Positions 19,409-29,107 of a DNA stretch of 64,000 bases are shown one piece after another. Source of the stretch: an uncultured Arenicella sp. (GTDB lineage Bacteria; Pseudomonadota; Gammaproteobacteria; Arenicellales; Arenicellaceae); NCBI GenBank assembly GCA_938048185.1, contig CALIVT010000011.1, positions 42,882 to 106,881 on the forward strand, written 5' to 3'. A program made the translations under genes and the position numbers. Position 1 is the first letter of the stretch, and each line of letters opens with the position of its first letter. The notes below the pieces were generated by a model, which saw only the letters and a program-made list of their open reading frames with translations, did no database searches and had not been told where the DNA came from.

Positions 19409-20101
19409 ATGAAAAAGTTATTAGCCGAGTTCATCGGCACATTTTGGTTAGTATTGGGCGGTTGCGGAAGCGCTGTATTGGCCGCTAAGTTTGGTGGTGA
19501 CATGAGTAGCACCCTAGGCATAGGTCTAGTCGGCGTTTCCTTAGCATTCGGACTAACCGTTCTGACCATGGCGTATGCAATTGGTCATATTTCTGGCTGC
19601 CACTTAAATCCAGCAGTATCTCTAGGGCTTGCGATTGGCGGACGCTTCTCGTTTTCAGAACTGCCAGGATACGTGATTGCGCAGGTACTTGGCGCCGTAG
19701 TCGCGGCGTTTACTTTATCGATTATCGCTGGCGGGGCACCAGGTTATGAAGGCGGGCTAGCGTCTAACGGAATGGGGTCAGTCTCGCCAGGCGGTTTTTC
19801 AGTTACATCGGGATTGCTTACTGAAGTTGTAATGACCTTTATGTTTCTATTAATCATCTTAGGTGCAACGTCTAAGCGCGCACCTGCGGGCTTTGCGCCC
19901 ATCGCCATCGGTTTAGGCTTAACGCTTATACATCTGATCTCTATTCCGGTCACCAATACGTCAGTGAATCCAGCTCGAAGCACCGGCCCCGCACTGCTCG
20001 AAGGTGGCATCTACCTCCAGCAGCTGTGGATGTTTTGGATCGCGCCATTGGTCGGCGCGGCGTTAGCGGGCCTAGTAAGTAAATTTCTTGAAAGTGAATA
20101 A
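19409..20101 (+). CDS. aqpZ: Aquaporin Z
   Basis: [23 protein letters not shown] start; two NPA motifs (HLNPAVS, SVNPARS). Confidence 0.96.
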   Translation: MKKLLAEFIGTFWLVLGGCGSAVLAAKFGGDMSSTLGIGLVGVSLAFGLTVLTMAYAIGHISGCHLNPAVSLGLAIGGRFSFSELPGYVIAQVLGAVVAAFTLSIIAGGAPGYEGGLASNGMGSVSPGGFSVTSGLLTEVVMTFMFLLIILGATSKRAPAGFAPIAIGLGLTLIHLISIPVTNTSVNPARSTGPALLEGGIYLQQLWMFWIAPLVGAALAGLVSKFLESE

Positions 20102-20147
20102 TATTGGTGTTTAAGTGTTACAAAAGCACTAAATAGTAATCAGCAGT

Positions 20148-20184
20148 AAAAAAGCCCTTGGCGTTTCCGCTCAAGGGCTTTTTT
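20148..20184. terminator. Bidirectional intrinsic terminator between convergent aqpZ and rplS
   Basis: A6-GCCCTTG-loop-CAAGGGC-T6. Confidence 0.9.
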
Positions 20185-20205
20185 ATTTCTTCGCTAAGAA
20201 AAAGC

Positions 20206-20553
20206 TTAGCTAAGCTTCTCTTTAATACGTGCTTTACGGCCAGTAAGTTCACGCAAGTAGTACAACTTGGCGCGACGAACAGCGCCTCGGCGCTTTACCG
20301 TTACTGAGTCGATCATTGGGCTATGCGTTTGGAATACGCGCTCTACGCCTTCACCATAAGAAATTTTGCGCACGGTGAACGCTGAATGTAGGCCGCGATT
20401 ACGCTTAGCAATTACAACACCTTCGTATGCCTGCAAGCGCTCGCGCTCGCCTTCTTTAATTTTCACTTGAACAACGATCGTGTCACCCGGTCCGAAGTCT
20501 GGGATGCTTGTGTTCAACTGTTCGTTGTTGATTTCGTCAATAAGGTTTGTCAT
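20206..20553 (-). CDS. rplS: 50S ribosomal protein L19
   Basis: [37 protein letters not shown]. Confidence 0.99.
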   Translation of the reverse strand: MTNLIDEINNEQLNTSIPDFGPGDTIVVQVKIKEGERERLQAYEGVVIAKRNRGLHSAFTVRKISYGEGVERVFQTHSPMIDSVTVKRRGAVRRAKLYYLRELTGRKARIKEKLS

Positions 20554-20657
20554 TTTAATCTCCGCCGATACTATTCAACGCATTATTGCTTGAAGGAAGT
20601 ACCGTCTTTAAATTCAATTACTTCTGTTTTTTTATACTACTGTTCTTTACTACTACA

Positions 20658-21422
20658 TCAACTATCGTTTAAATCGCTAACGTCTAAGTTACGATCCTTT
20701 AGATAGTCATCTAACAAACTTTGCTGCTGGTCTGTTAGCTCAATTTTTTCCAGCAGTTCTGGGCGCCGTTCCCAGGTACGGCCTAAGGCCTGCTGTTCGC
20801 GCCATTTTGCAATGGCTTGGTGGTCGCCGCTAAGCAACACATCCGGCACACTTTGACCATCATATTCTTCAGGTCTGGCGTAGTGCGGGCAATCTAAAAT
20901 ACCGTCCACAAACGAGTCTTGTTCAGCCGACTCACTATTGCCTAAGCTGTCGGGTAACAAGCGCGCTATTGCGTCAATCATCACCATCGCGGGTAACTCA
21001 CCGCCGGACAACACATAATCGCCAATCGACCATTCTTCATCAACGTGATGTTCGAGTACTCGCTCATCAATGCCTTCATAACGACCCGCCAGCAGAATCA
21101 GCGATTCTTGCTTGGCGAAACTCTTTGCCGCCGCATGATCAAAACGCTTGCCTTGCGGGCTTAGGTAAACCACCTTAGCGCCAGTCTTGGCTTGCGACCT
21201 CGCGGCATTAATGACCTTGGTCATCGGCTCAGGCAACATAAGCATGCCTGGGCCGCCCCCGAAGGGCCTACCATCAACTTTGCTGTGTTTGTCATCAGCA
21301 TAGTCTCTTGGGTTGTGTAGGGTGAGCTGCAACACATTCTGCTGCATTGCTCGGCCTATCACACCGTGTTCAGTTATTGCACTGAACATGCCAGGGAAAA
21401 TTGAAATTACGTGTAAATCCAC
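20658..21422 (-). CDS. trmD: tRNA (guanine-N1)-methyltransferase
   Basis: [41 protein letters not shown]. Confidence 0.98.
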   Translation of the reverse strand: MDLHVISIFPGMFSAITEHGVIGRAMQQNVLQLTLHNPRDYADDKHSKVDGRPFGGGPGMLMLPEPMTKVINAARSQAKTGAKVVYLSPQGKRFDHAAAKSFAKQESLILLAGRYEGIDERVLEHHVDEEWSIGDYVLSGGELPAMVMIDAIARLLPDSLGNSESAEQDSFVDGILDCPHYARPEEYDGQSVPDVLLSGDHQAIAKWREQQALGRTWERRPELLEKIELTDQQQSLLDDYLKDRNLDVSDLNDS

Positions 21423-21443
21423 TTTCCTAGCACTCTTGGTAAA

Positions 21444-21968
21444 TCAATCAGAATCAGTTAAGTACGATTTATCCCAATCAACCAGCATATAGCCTTGCTC
21501 TAAATCAACTTCTAAAATTACGTCATCGATATAAGGGATAAGCACTTCTGCTTGCCCCTCTTCGGTATTTTTACAAACCAACACATCATTCGCACCGGTT
21601 TCCATAATCGAAAGAACTTGACCAATCGGGCCCGATTCATTCTTGACGTTTAAACCGATCAACTGCTGCCAATAAAACTCACCGTCAGGCAAAGCAGGTA
21701 AATCGCTTTGCTTAACCAAGATCGTTTGACCGCTCAAGGCCATCGCTTGATCTCGATCACTGACACCCTCAAATCGGGCGACCATGCCTTGGCCTTGTTC
21801 TCGGCAATTCAACACGGCTATTGGTGCTGGCTTATCGTTGGAACGAGGTTTGCTTAAATACCAGGTTTTATATTGACCTATGTCGGCGCGGTTGCGAGTG
21901 TAAGAATGAAGCTTAACCCAGCCTTTAACGCCCCAAACGCCGACTAATTTACCAAGTTCTACGTACAC
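21444..21968 (-). CDS. rimM: Ribosome maturation factor RimM
   Basis: GVWGVKGWVK, EFYWQQLIG, ETGANDVLV, LIPY; position between rpsP and trmD. Confidence 0.97.
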   Translation of the reverse strand: MYVELGKLVGVWGVKGWVKLHSYTRNRADIGQYKTWYLSKPRSNDKPAPIAVLNCREQGQGMVARFEGVSDRDQAMALSGQTILVKQSDLPALPDGEFYWQQLIGLNVKNESGPIGQVLSIMETGANDVLVCKNTEEGQAEVLIPYIDDVILEVDLEQGYMLVDWDKSYLTDSD

Positions 21969-21988
21969 CGTGTAAAAGGTGTAATCGC

Positions 21989-22462
21989 TTACTCAGCGTT
22001 GGCTTCTGCGTCGCCTTCAGCTGGTGCATCTTCGCTAGCAGCTTCTTCTGCAGGCGCTTCTTCGGCGGCCGCAGCGGCTTCAGCTTCAGCGGCTTTCTTA
22101 GCTTCTGCTTCGGCGGCTTCTTTAGCCTTTAACGCATCGGCTTCAGCTTTCGCAGCCGCAGCTTGCTTAGCGTCTGTGCGTGCAACCAATTTAGCTTTTT
22201 CAGCTTCGATCGCTTCAGGGCCTTTAGCAAATTGTTTTAGCAAGTTAGCTACGCGATCAGAAGGTTGTGCACCTTGGCTAACCCAATAGTCAACGCGCTC
22301 GGTGTCGATGCGTAAACGCTCTTCACCACCCACAGCACGCGGGTTAAAGAAACCGATACGTTCGATAAAACGACCGCGCGGTGAGCGACGTGAATCTGCG
22401 ACCATAATGCCGTAGAAAGGACGTTTCTTAGCGCCGCCACGGGCTAGACGAATTGTTACCAT
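21989..22462 (-). CDS. rpsP: 30S ribosomal protein S16 with long Ala/Glu/Lys-rich C-terminal extension
   Basis: [17 protein letters not shown]...IERIGFFNP...GAQPSDRV. Confidence 0.98.
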   Translation of the reverse strand: MVTIRLARGGAKKRPFYGIMVADSRRSPRGRFIERIGFFNPRAVGGEERLRIDTERVDYWVSQGAQPSDRVANLLKQFAKGPEAIEAEKAKLVARTDAKQAAAAKAEADALKAKEAAEAEAKKAAEAEAAAAAEEAPAEEAASEDAPAEGDAEANAE

Positions 22463-22897
22463 AGTAAATACTCTTTGTTTGCTTGCTCACTCAAACACGA
22501 GCAAGCACTTTATTAAATTTTGTCTTCGAAGTTCTTAAGCCTACGTCGTTTTCTCTAATTTTTGCTCATACTCAGCATTAAAGACGCCCTATGAGCTTAA
22601 AGAAGCACGCGTTGATCTAGAATTACATTCCAGCTCGAGAGGCGCGCGATTTTAAAGGTTAAATCATCCAAATGAAAGGTTTTTGGCGCAAATTCGAGGA
22701 AAATCTTCTGCTTTTACTGTTTTCCACCAAACCTGAGGTGTCCTCGATGCGTAAGGCGCTGAATTGTAACCAGAAACCACACTATTTAACACGCCGACTC
22801 TTGTGTTCTTCGACGCACACTCTTAGACTTCGCGCGCAATACCAGCGCGGTTAACCCTGCTGGCTTTCTTTTATGTATTTCTACCTCGTGTGTTCTC

Positions 22898-24496
22898 ATG
22901 TTCGAAAACTCCGCCGCTCAACGCAGCAATATTAAAAACGACGTGCTCTCTGGTTTAACTGTCGCCTTAGCGTTGGTCCCAGAAGCGGTAGCTTTCGCGC
23001 TAATTGCCGGAGTCGAACCATTGGTAGGGCTTTACGCAGCCTTTATGGTCGGACTCATTACCGCAGTAATGGGCGGGCGGCCGGGCATGATATCTGGTGC
23101 AACCGGCGCTTTAGCGGTGGTGATGGTGGCATTGGTTGCAGATCACGGTGTTGAATATTTATTCGCGACCGTCGTATTGATGGGTGTAATACAAGTGCTT
23201 GCGGGTGTACTAAGGGTCGCGCGTTTTATTCGCCTGGTACCTCACCCAGTCATGCTCGGCTTTGTGAACGGCCTGGCAATCGTAATATTCTTGGCTCAAC
23301 TCGGCCAGTTTGGCGAAGCTGGGCAGCCAGGTTGGGCCGCAGGCACATTTCTAGAAGGCAGTATTGTTGATGTTGCATGGCTAGCCGCCGACCAATTGAC
23401 TATTATGCTGAGCCTGGTCGCGATCACCATGGCAATTATTAAATTCTTGCCGATGCTCACGACGGCAATACCCTCCTCACTTGTGGCTATCTTAGTCGTT
23501 TCAATAGCCGTATTTGGCTTAAGCGTTGATACCAAGGTGGTTGGCGACGTGGCGTCTATTGCGGGTGGCTTGCCAACGTTTAGCCTTCCATCAGTCCCTT
23601 TTAACGTTGAAACACTGAGCATCATCTTTCCGTACGCGTTTATCTTAGCGGCTATCGGTCTGATTGAATCACTGCTGACACTGCGTTTGATCGACGAAAT
23701 TACCGAGACTCGAGGCAATGGCAATAAAGAGTGCATTGGTCAAGGCATCGCTAATACTGCCACCGGCATGTTTGGCGGCATGGGCGGGTGCGCGATGATC
23801 GGTCAAAGCATGATTAACGTAAACTCAGGTGGGCGTGGGCGCTTATCAGGCATTACCGCAGCGCTATCGTTACTAGCTTTTATCTTGTTCGCGTCGCCTT
23901 TGATTGAGCAAATTCCAATCGCAGCACTTATTGGCGTTATGTTTATTGTGGTAATCGGTACCTTTGAGTGGAGTAGCTTTAGAATAATAAATCGTGTGCC
24001 TAAGCAGGACGCGTTTGTGTTAATAACCGTTTCGGCAGTAACCGTGTTTACCGACTTGGCGGTGGCGGTGGTTGTTGGGGTGATTATCTCGGCACTGGTC
24101 TTCGCGTGGAACCACGCAAAAGAAGTGCGCGTCGAGAAGCGTGAAAACCGCTACGGCTCACATTACTATACGGTGCATGGTCCACTTTTCTTTGGCTCTA
24201 CCGCATCGTTCTCGGAGCAGTTTACTCCGCGTGACGATAATAAAGACGTGATCATTGACTTCGCGGACTCGCGCGTGGCCGACCACTCGGGAATTGAAGC
24301 GATTGACGCGCTGGCAATGCGTTATAAAAAGAACAACCGCATTCTGCACCTTATTCACCTAAGTCCAGAGTGCAAGAAGCTGCTCAAAAAGGCCGGTGAC
24401 ATGGTCGAGGTCAATGTAGTAGAAGACCCGAATTACTTTGTTGCAATAGAGAACGCAGACTGGGGTGACGAGCCCATGGTCGGTGGCAGCAATTAA
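22898..24496 (+). CDS. SulP/SLC26 family anion transporter with STAS domain
   Basis: [39 protein letters not shown]; C-terminal GPLFFGS...DHSGIEA STAS domain. Confidence 0.93.
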   Translation: MFENSAAQRSNIKNDVLSGLTVALALVPEAVAFALIAGVEPLVGLYAAFMVGLITAVMGGRPGMISGATGALAVVMVALVADHGVEYLFATVVLMGVIQVLAGVLRVARFIRLVPHPVMLGFVNGLAIVIFLAQLGQFGEAGQPGWAAGTFLEGSIVDVAWLAADQLTIMLSLVAITMAIIKFLPMLTTAIPSSLVAILVVSIAVFGLSVDTKVVGDVASIAGGLPTFSLPSVPFNVETLSIIFPYAFILAAIGLIESLLTLRLIDEITETRGNGNKECIGQGIANTATGMFGGMGGCAMIGQSMINVNSGGRGRLSGITAALSLLAFILFASPLIEQIPIAALIGVMFIVVIGTFEWSSFRIINRVPKQDAFVLITVSAVTVFTDLAVAVVVGVIISALVFAWNHAKEVRVEKRENRYGSHYYTVHGPLFFGSTASFSEQFTPRDDNKDVIIDFADSRVADHSGIEAIDALAMRYKKNNRILHLIHLSPECKKLLKKAGDMVEVNVVEDPNYFVAIENADWGDEPMVGGSN

Positions 24497-24745
24497 GCCA
24501 ACGGATTAGTTAAAATTTAACCAACAACGTGTTGATGGGGTGGCAGCAGAGCGTTAACCGGGTTTTACTAGCGATAACGCCTTAGAAAACTGCTAGGTTA
24601 AACCGTTCTGCCGTCTAGGTCGTAGCCGACGTCGCTTGCCGTGTTGAAGTTTCGCGAAACACGTTCAGCAAAGGCTGGCCACTAGTGCTTCTATCGCCTT
24701 TCGCCTATGATATTGGCAATATTAAATCATTATAGGAATACCTAA

Positions 24746-25177
24746 ATGAGCGCTAAAAGAGGCTTTACCTTGGCCCTTATCGCATTCGTCGTCTTCGTAT
24801 TTATTCAATCATTGTTCTATAAGTTCGCAGGCTCAGAACAAACTGACATTATTTTCACGACCATTGCCGAGTGGATGAAAACCGTCGGCCTTGGCTTTAT
24901 TGCACCCACATTTGCGTCCATCGGCGGTTATGCAGTTGGCGGCACCGAGCTAATCGCCAGTGGCTTACTTATCTACTCACCCACTCGACGCCTGGGTGCA
25001 GTTCTCGGCTTCGTGGTAATTTCGGGCGCGATTTTCTTTCACCTAGGCACTCCGCTTGGCGTTGACCGCGTGATCAACGAGGCGGGCGACACCGACGGGG
25101 GCGCATTGTTTTATATGGCGTGTGGGGTTTGGGTAAGTTGCTTGCTTATCTTTCTTTTGAGTAACGCTGAGAAGTAA
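24746..25177 (+). CDS. DoxX-like membrane protein
   Basis: Four hydrophobic segments with QSLFYKF.G, GGTELIAS, GAIFFHL.TPLGV. Confidence 0.7.
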   Translation: MSAKRGFTLALIAFVVFVFIQSLFYKFAGSEQTDIIFTTIAEWMKTVGLGFIAPTFASIGGYAVGGTELIASGLLIYSPTRRLGAVLGFVVISGAIFFHLGTPLGVDRVINEAGDTDGGALFYMACGVWVSCLLIFLLSNAEK

Positions 25178-25185
25178 AACCAGCA

Positions 25186-25671
25186 TTGATAAAAACGCCA
25201 CTACTCACCCTGCTCGAGACGCTTCCGCAAACCGGCCGCGTCGAGTGGATCGGCTTGCGGCCCAGTCGACGCGCAGAACTAGACATCGTAGAGCAGGTGA
25301 TCGCAGACACCGACTTCGGACTAGAAGGCGACCGCTACTCGGGCAGCAGCGGAAAGCGCCAAGTCACATTGTTGCAATATGAGCATTTACCAGTAATTGC
25401 ATCGATACTCGGTATCACAACGTGCGCGCCAGAATTACTGCGCAGGAATATTGTGATAAGTGGAATAAATTTACTCGCACTTAAAGGTAAGCAGTTCCGA
25501 ATTGGCGGCGCGGTGTTGGAATACACTGGCTTGTGCCACCCCTGTTCGTTTATGGAGTCTACCTTTGGGCCGGGGGGCTATAACGCGGTTCGCGGACATG
25601 GTGGCATTACCGCTCGTGTTATTGAACGCGGAACAATTGCCCTAACGAACGAGGTGTCAGTCCAGCGATAA
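25186..25671 (+). CDS. MOSC-domain protein
   Basis: GLEGDRY, RQVTL, LRRNIVISG, LCHPCSFM, GHGGITARV. Confidence 0.9.
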   Translation: MIKTPLLTLLETLPQTGRVEWIGLRPSRRAELDIVEQVIADTDFGLEGDRYSGSSGKRQVTLLQYEHLPVIASILGITTCAPELLRRNIVISGINLLALKGKQFRIGGAVLEYTGLCHPCSFMESTFGPGGYNAVRGHGGITARVIERGTIALTNEVSVQR

Positions 25672-25706
25672 CCCGCCTCAGTAGCACCGCGAGTGGCGTC
25701 AAATAC

Positions 25707-26825
25707 TCAACGAACCGCTAAATAATTATCACCCAGGTCTCCCTTCGACAACACGATTTGCCAGAGCTGGCTCCGACAACTGCGAAACGTTGCGGCAGCC
25801 CCTAGTAAATAAAAGTTCCACATTCGCCGAAATGTCTCGTCGTAACTCTGCGAAAGCTGATCCCAGTGATCATTGAAATTTTGATGCCATTGCATGAGTG
25901 TTCGGTCATAGTCGTTGCGGAAATTATGCCAGTCTTCCATGATAAAAAGACCTTCAGTCGCTTCACCAATTAGTTTAACTGAGGGTGTAATGGAGTTCGC
26001 AAAAATATACTTTCGCACCCACGGGTCAAGTTTGTTAGATGTTATTTTAAAGCCAATCGTATGCAACAAAAAAAGTCCCTTGTCATCGAGACAGCGGTGC
26101 GCGACTTCAAAATAGCGTCGATAATTTTTGAAACCCACATGCTCAAACATACCCAGTGAAAATATTCGGTCAAACCGCTCATCAATATCTCGATAATCTT
26201 GCACGCGTATTTCGATTGGAAGCCCACTGCAGTTTTCCCGAGCCAGGGCCGCTTGTTCTTGTGAAATAGTAATCCCGACCACTTCGACCCCATAGTTCTG
26301 GGCGGCGTACTTAGCCGCCCCGCCCCAGCCGCAACCGATGTCAAGCACTCGCATACCGGGTTTTAAGTCAAGCTTACGGCAAACCAAATCCAATTTAGCT
26401 TCTTGAGCTGCGTCCAAACTATTTGCCTCACGCCAATAACCGCAAGTATAAATCATACGCTGGTCCAACATCGCCGCGTAAAGATCGTTGCCTAAGTCGT
26501 AGTGCTGTTTGCCAACGAAGAAAGACTTTTTCTGGGTCTGTTGATTAAGCAAATACGCTTTAACAAAGAATAGTTTATCTTTCCACGTTCTGACTTTTTT
26601 CTGTAAGTCAGCGTTTAATACCTGAGTAAAAAATTGATCTAAGTGGTCGCAGTCCCACCAACCTTCCATATACGCTTCGCCTAAGCCGAGCGTGCCTGCA
26701 CCTAAGATACGTCCATATAGTTGGTCGTTATGCACAGCTATATCCCAAGGCCTATCACCATCAATCAAAACATCAGCATGATGTAAAAGGTCCGCGATTC
26801 TTTTCTTATAGTTTGAGTCGGACAT
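25707..26825 (-). CDS. cfa: Cyclopropane-fatty-acyl-phospholipid synthase
   Basis: HYDLGND, YTCGYW, VLDIGCGWGG, SLGMFEHVG, RMWNFYL; 372 aa. Confidence 0.95.
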   Translation of the reverse strand: MSDSNYKKRIADLLHHADVLIDGDRPWDIAVHNDQLYGRILGAGTLGLGEAYMEGWWDCDHLDQFFTQVLNADLQKKVRTWKDKLFFVKAYLLNQQTQKKSFFVGKQHYDLGNDLYAAMLDQRMIYTCGYWREANSLDAAQEAKLDLVCRKLDLKPGMRVLDIGCGWGGAAKYAAQNYGVEVVGITISQEQAALARENCSGLPIEIRVQDYRDIDERFDRIFSLGMFEHVGFKNYRRYFEVAHRCLDDKGLFLLHTIGFKITSNKLDPWVRKYIFANSITPSVKLIGEATEGLFIMEDWHNFRNDYDRTLMQWHQNFNDHWDQLSQSYDETFRRMWNFYLLGAAATFRSCRSQLWQIVLSKGDLGDNYLAVR

Positions 26826-27437
26826 GTCTTAATCTCTTAATATTATTTTATTAGACCGATAGCAGTGTCACTTTATTACGAAAAGTACGCTAGTCGTAGC
26901 ATGGTTTTTTCACCATCACTATGTGCGTTCTGTTCACGTGGGGTTATATGAGTAAACTTTCCTGCCTACAACCGCCCAATGACACATCACCTCTCGAGAC
27001 AAGTTATAAAATTCACTCACTCAAACCAAGGACTAAGCTTGAATCTCGCAAGCCAGAAACTCACGTCACCGCCACCACAATCATACCCTAGGGTGCAATC
27101 AGAGGCACGCACGCCGTGATTACCCACTCAGAATATTGAAACGTTTTGTACCCTGGTTTTTATCACGCCTGAACCACTGGTTAGCACATTTACATAAACC
27201 CGTTTGCCCCCGGTTGGTATCGCCGGGTCCGGGTTTACTTCGTTACCATTGGCAATCAAACTCACAGATGTGCGTGGCTCAAAGCGAGCAGTCCACTAGT
27301 GCTGACCAATGTCAAAACCATGGTACTGATCAGCAACGAGGTGGGCAGCAAGAACCCCATACTGACTGTTCTCCGAAACAAGCTTAGCTGTATTTGAGTC
27401 TAGCGTTCAATTTTTAAAACCACGTTAAGACGCAGCG

Positions 27438-28502
27438 TCAGGGCAACAAATCACCTAGCTTTACCGCTTCACCGCTGCGCTCGCACTGGTAGCCCGGCAA
27501 TGAATTCACTTCAGCTTGGAACGCATCCGAGCTAAGCATTTCTATGAAGCTCTGCACGTCATTGTCATGAATAGCCTCGGCCTTTACTGCCCATAGATAG
27601 GCGTCTTCGGTGATTGGTATAAAGTCTAAGTCAAAACGTGCGGCTGCGGCTTGCATACCAAAACCAACATCGGCCATGCCGGTAGCAACTTGGGCGGCGA
27701 CAGCGGTGTGTGTGTATTCATATTGATCGTAACCCTTAATAGAGTCGGTATTGATACCCTCCTCGAGCAACATTTGATCAAATAGTTCGCGTGTGCCCGA
27801 GTACGGTTGGCGGTTAATGAGTCTTATGTCTTGCTTGGCTAAATCGGCCAGACCGCGCAGGGAAAATGCATTACCCGGGGCAGTCATCAAGCCCTGTTGA
27901 CGCGTAATAAACCTAAGGATATGCACGTCATTCTTGTCTAATAAACGTTGATAACGTAATAATTGTTCACCTATCTGATGATGTAGGGGCAAGGTAAAAC
28001 CCGCTACTTTGCAAGAACCCGCATGTAAGGCCTTTAATGCATCGGCTGAACCGTGGTAATGCAATTCGGTTTGGTAGTCAGACAAATGCTTGGGGATTAA
28101 CGCCACGGCATAACCATGACTGGCGTAAATAGTCATTACGCTGACCTGATCAGATAGCACTTTGTGTACCTTGGCATTAAGTTCCATCGCCAAACTTTCC
28201 ATCTGCGTGTGTAAGCGCGCATCGAACCGTTGATTGGCTTGCAGCAGTACTTCACCCAACGTCGTCAGGCCCGCGCCTCGGCCGCGCTCTTTAATGACCA
28301 CCGGGCTTCCAAAAAAAGCATCGGCATCTTGCAATATATTCCACGCGTGGCGATACGAAAGCTCACAGTCTTGGGCCGCGGCGGTGAGTTTACGACGTTT
28401 TTGTACTGCCTCAAGTAACGGCAAAAACAACACGTGCAAGCGCCGACCATCGCTGTCCTCGAAACGCCAGTGAGGTACCAGCTTTAAATGATTAATCTGC
28501 AT
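27438..28502 (-). CDS. fdsR: FdsR-like regulator (ModE-type HTH plus periplasmic-binding-fold domain)
   Basis: LTAAAQDCELSYRHAW HTH, RGRGAGLTTLG, ASHG, INRQPYSGTR, VATGMADVGFG; divergent from fdsGBAC. Confidence 0.8.
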   Translation of the reverse strand: MQINHLKLVPHWRFEDSDGRRLHVLFLPLLEAVQKRRKLTAAAQDCELSYRHAWNILQDADAFFGSPVVIKERGRGAGLTTLGEVLLQANQRFDARLHTQMESLAMELNAKVHKVLSDQVSVMTIYASHGYAVALIPKHLSDYQTELHYHGSADALKALHAGSCKVAGFTLPLHHQIGEQLLRYQRLLDKNDVHILRFITRQQGLMTAPGNAFSLRGLADLAKQDIRLINRQPYSGTRELFDQMLLEEGINTDSIKGYDQYEYTHTAVAAQVATGMADVGFGMQAAAARFDLDFIPITEDAYLWAVKAEAIHDNDVQSFIEMLSSDAFQAEVNSLPGYQCERSGEAVKLGDLLP

Positions 28503-28514
28503 TTTTATGCATAT
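28495..28514. promoter_or_regulatory. Putative FdsR-binding box 1, overlapping the fdsR start codon
   Basis: ATCTG-N10-CATAT. Its core TGCATTTTTATGCATA recurs with one mismatch 67 bp downstream. Confidence 0.7.
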
Positions 28515-28561
28515 TTGTAACGCCGAATTTACGTGCTATTTTGTTGATATATAGGCGATTA

Positions 28562-28581
28562 ATATGCATTTTTCTGCATAA
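28562..28581. promoter_or_regulatory. Putative FdsR-binding box 2, upstream of fdsG
   Basis: ATATG-N10-CATAA containing the inverted repeat ATGCA-N6-TGCAT. Resembles the ATANG-N10-CNTAT FdsR motif I recall from Cupriavidus necator. Confidence 0.7.
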
Positions 28582-28630
28582 TTGTTCAAGTTAACTGCGC
28601 TCAAAAGCGATAAACACATAATAATAAAAT

Positions 28631-29107
28631 ATGATTGCGAACACGAAACACCAAACCGTGCTGTCGGCTATTGAAGCCAATCAACATTTGGAGGGCGCCA
28701 TGCTGCCGATCCTTCATCAAATACAACACGACCTTGGACACATCCCCAGCGAACATGTGATTGATATTGCACAAGCGCTGAATGTATCGCGTGCCGAAGT
28801 GCACGGCGTAATCAGTTTTTATCATTCCTTTACAACGTCGCCTAAGGGCAAGCATGTAATCGAGGTGTGCCGAGCCGAGTCATGTCAGGCCAAAGGCGGT
28901 CGCGCAATCGAAGCGGCGGTTAAAGCCAAGCTTGGAATTGATTTCGAGCAAACGACTGACGACGGAGAAATCACGCTCGAGCCGGTTTACTGCTTAGGCA
29001 ATTGTGGTTGCTCGCCCGCTGTTAAAATCAACTCAGATGTGTATGGCCGAGTCACTACCGACAGCGTTGAAAACTTAATCGACGGCTTACTCACAGGGCA
29101 GCACTAA
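28631..29107 (+). CDS. fdsG: NAD-dependent formate dehydrogenase gamma subunit (NuoE-like)
   Basis: LPILHQIQ, SRAEVHGVISFYH, VCRAESCQA, VYCLGNCGCSP. Confidence 0.95.
   Translation: MIANTKHQTVLSAIEANQHLEGAMLPILHQIQHDLGHIPSEHVIDIAQALNVSRAEVHGVISFYHSFTTSPKGKHVIEVCRAESCQAKGGRAIEAAVKAKLGIDFEQTTDDGEITLEPVYCLGNCGCSPAVKINSDVYGRVTTDSVENLIDGLLTGQH

Noticed and set aside
27136-27387. Plus-strand 83-aa ORF from the track
   Set aside because: TTG start without a clear RBS, atypical composition and no recognisable motif. The opposite strand looks more protein-like.
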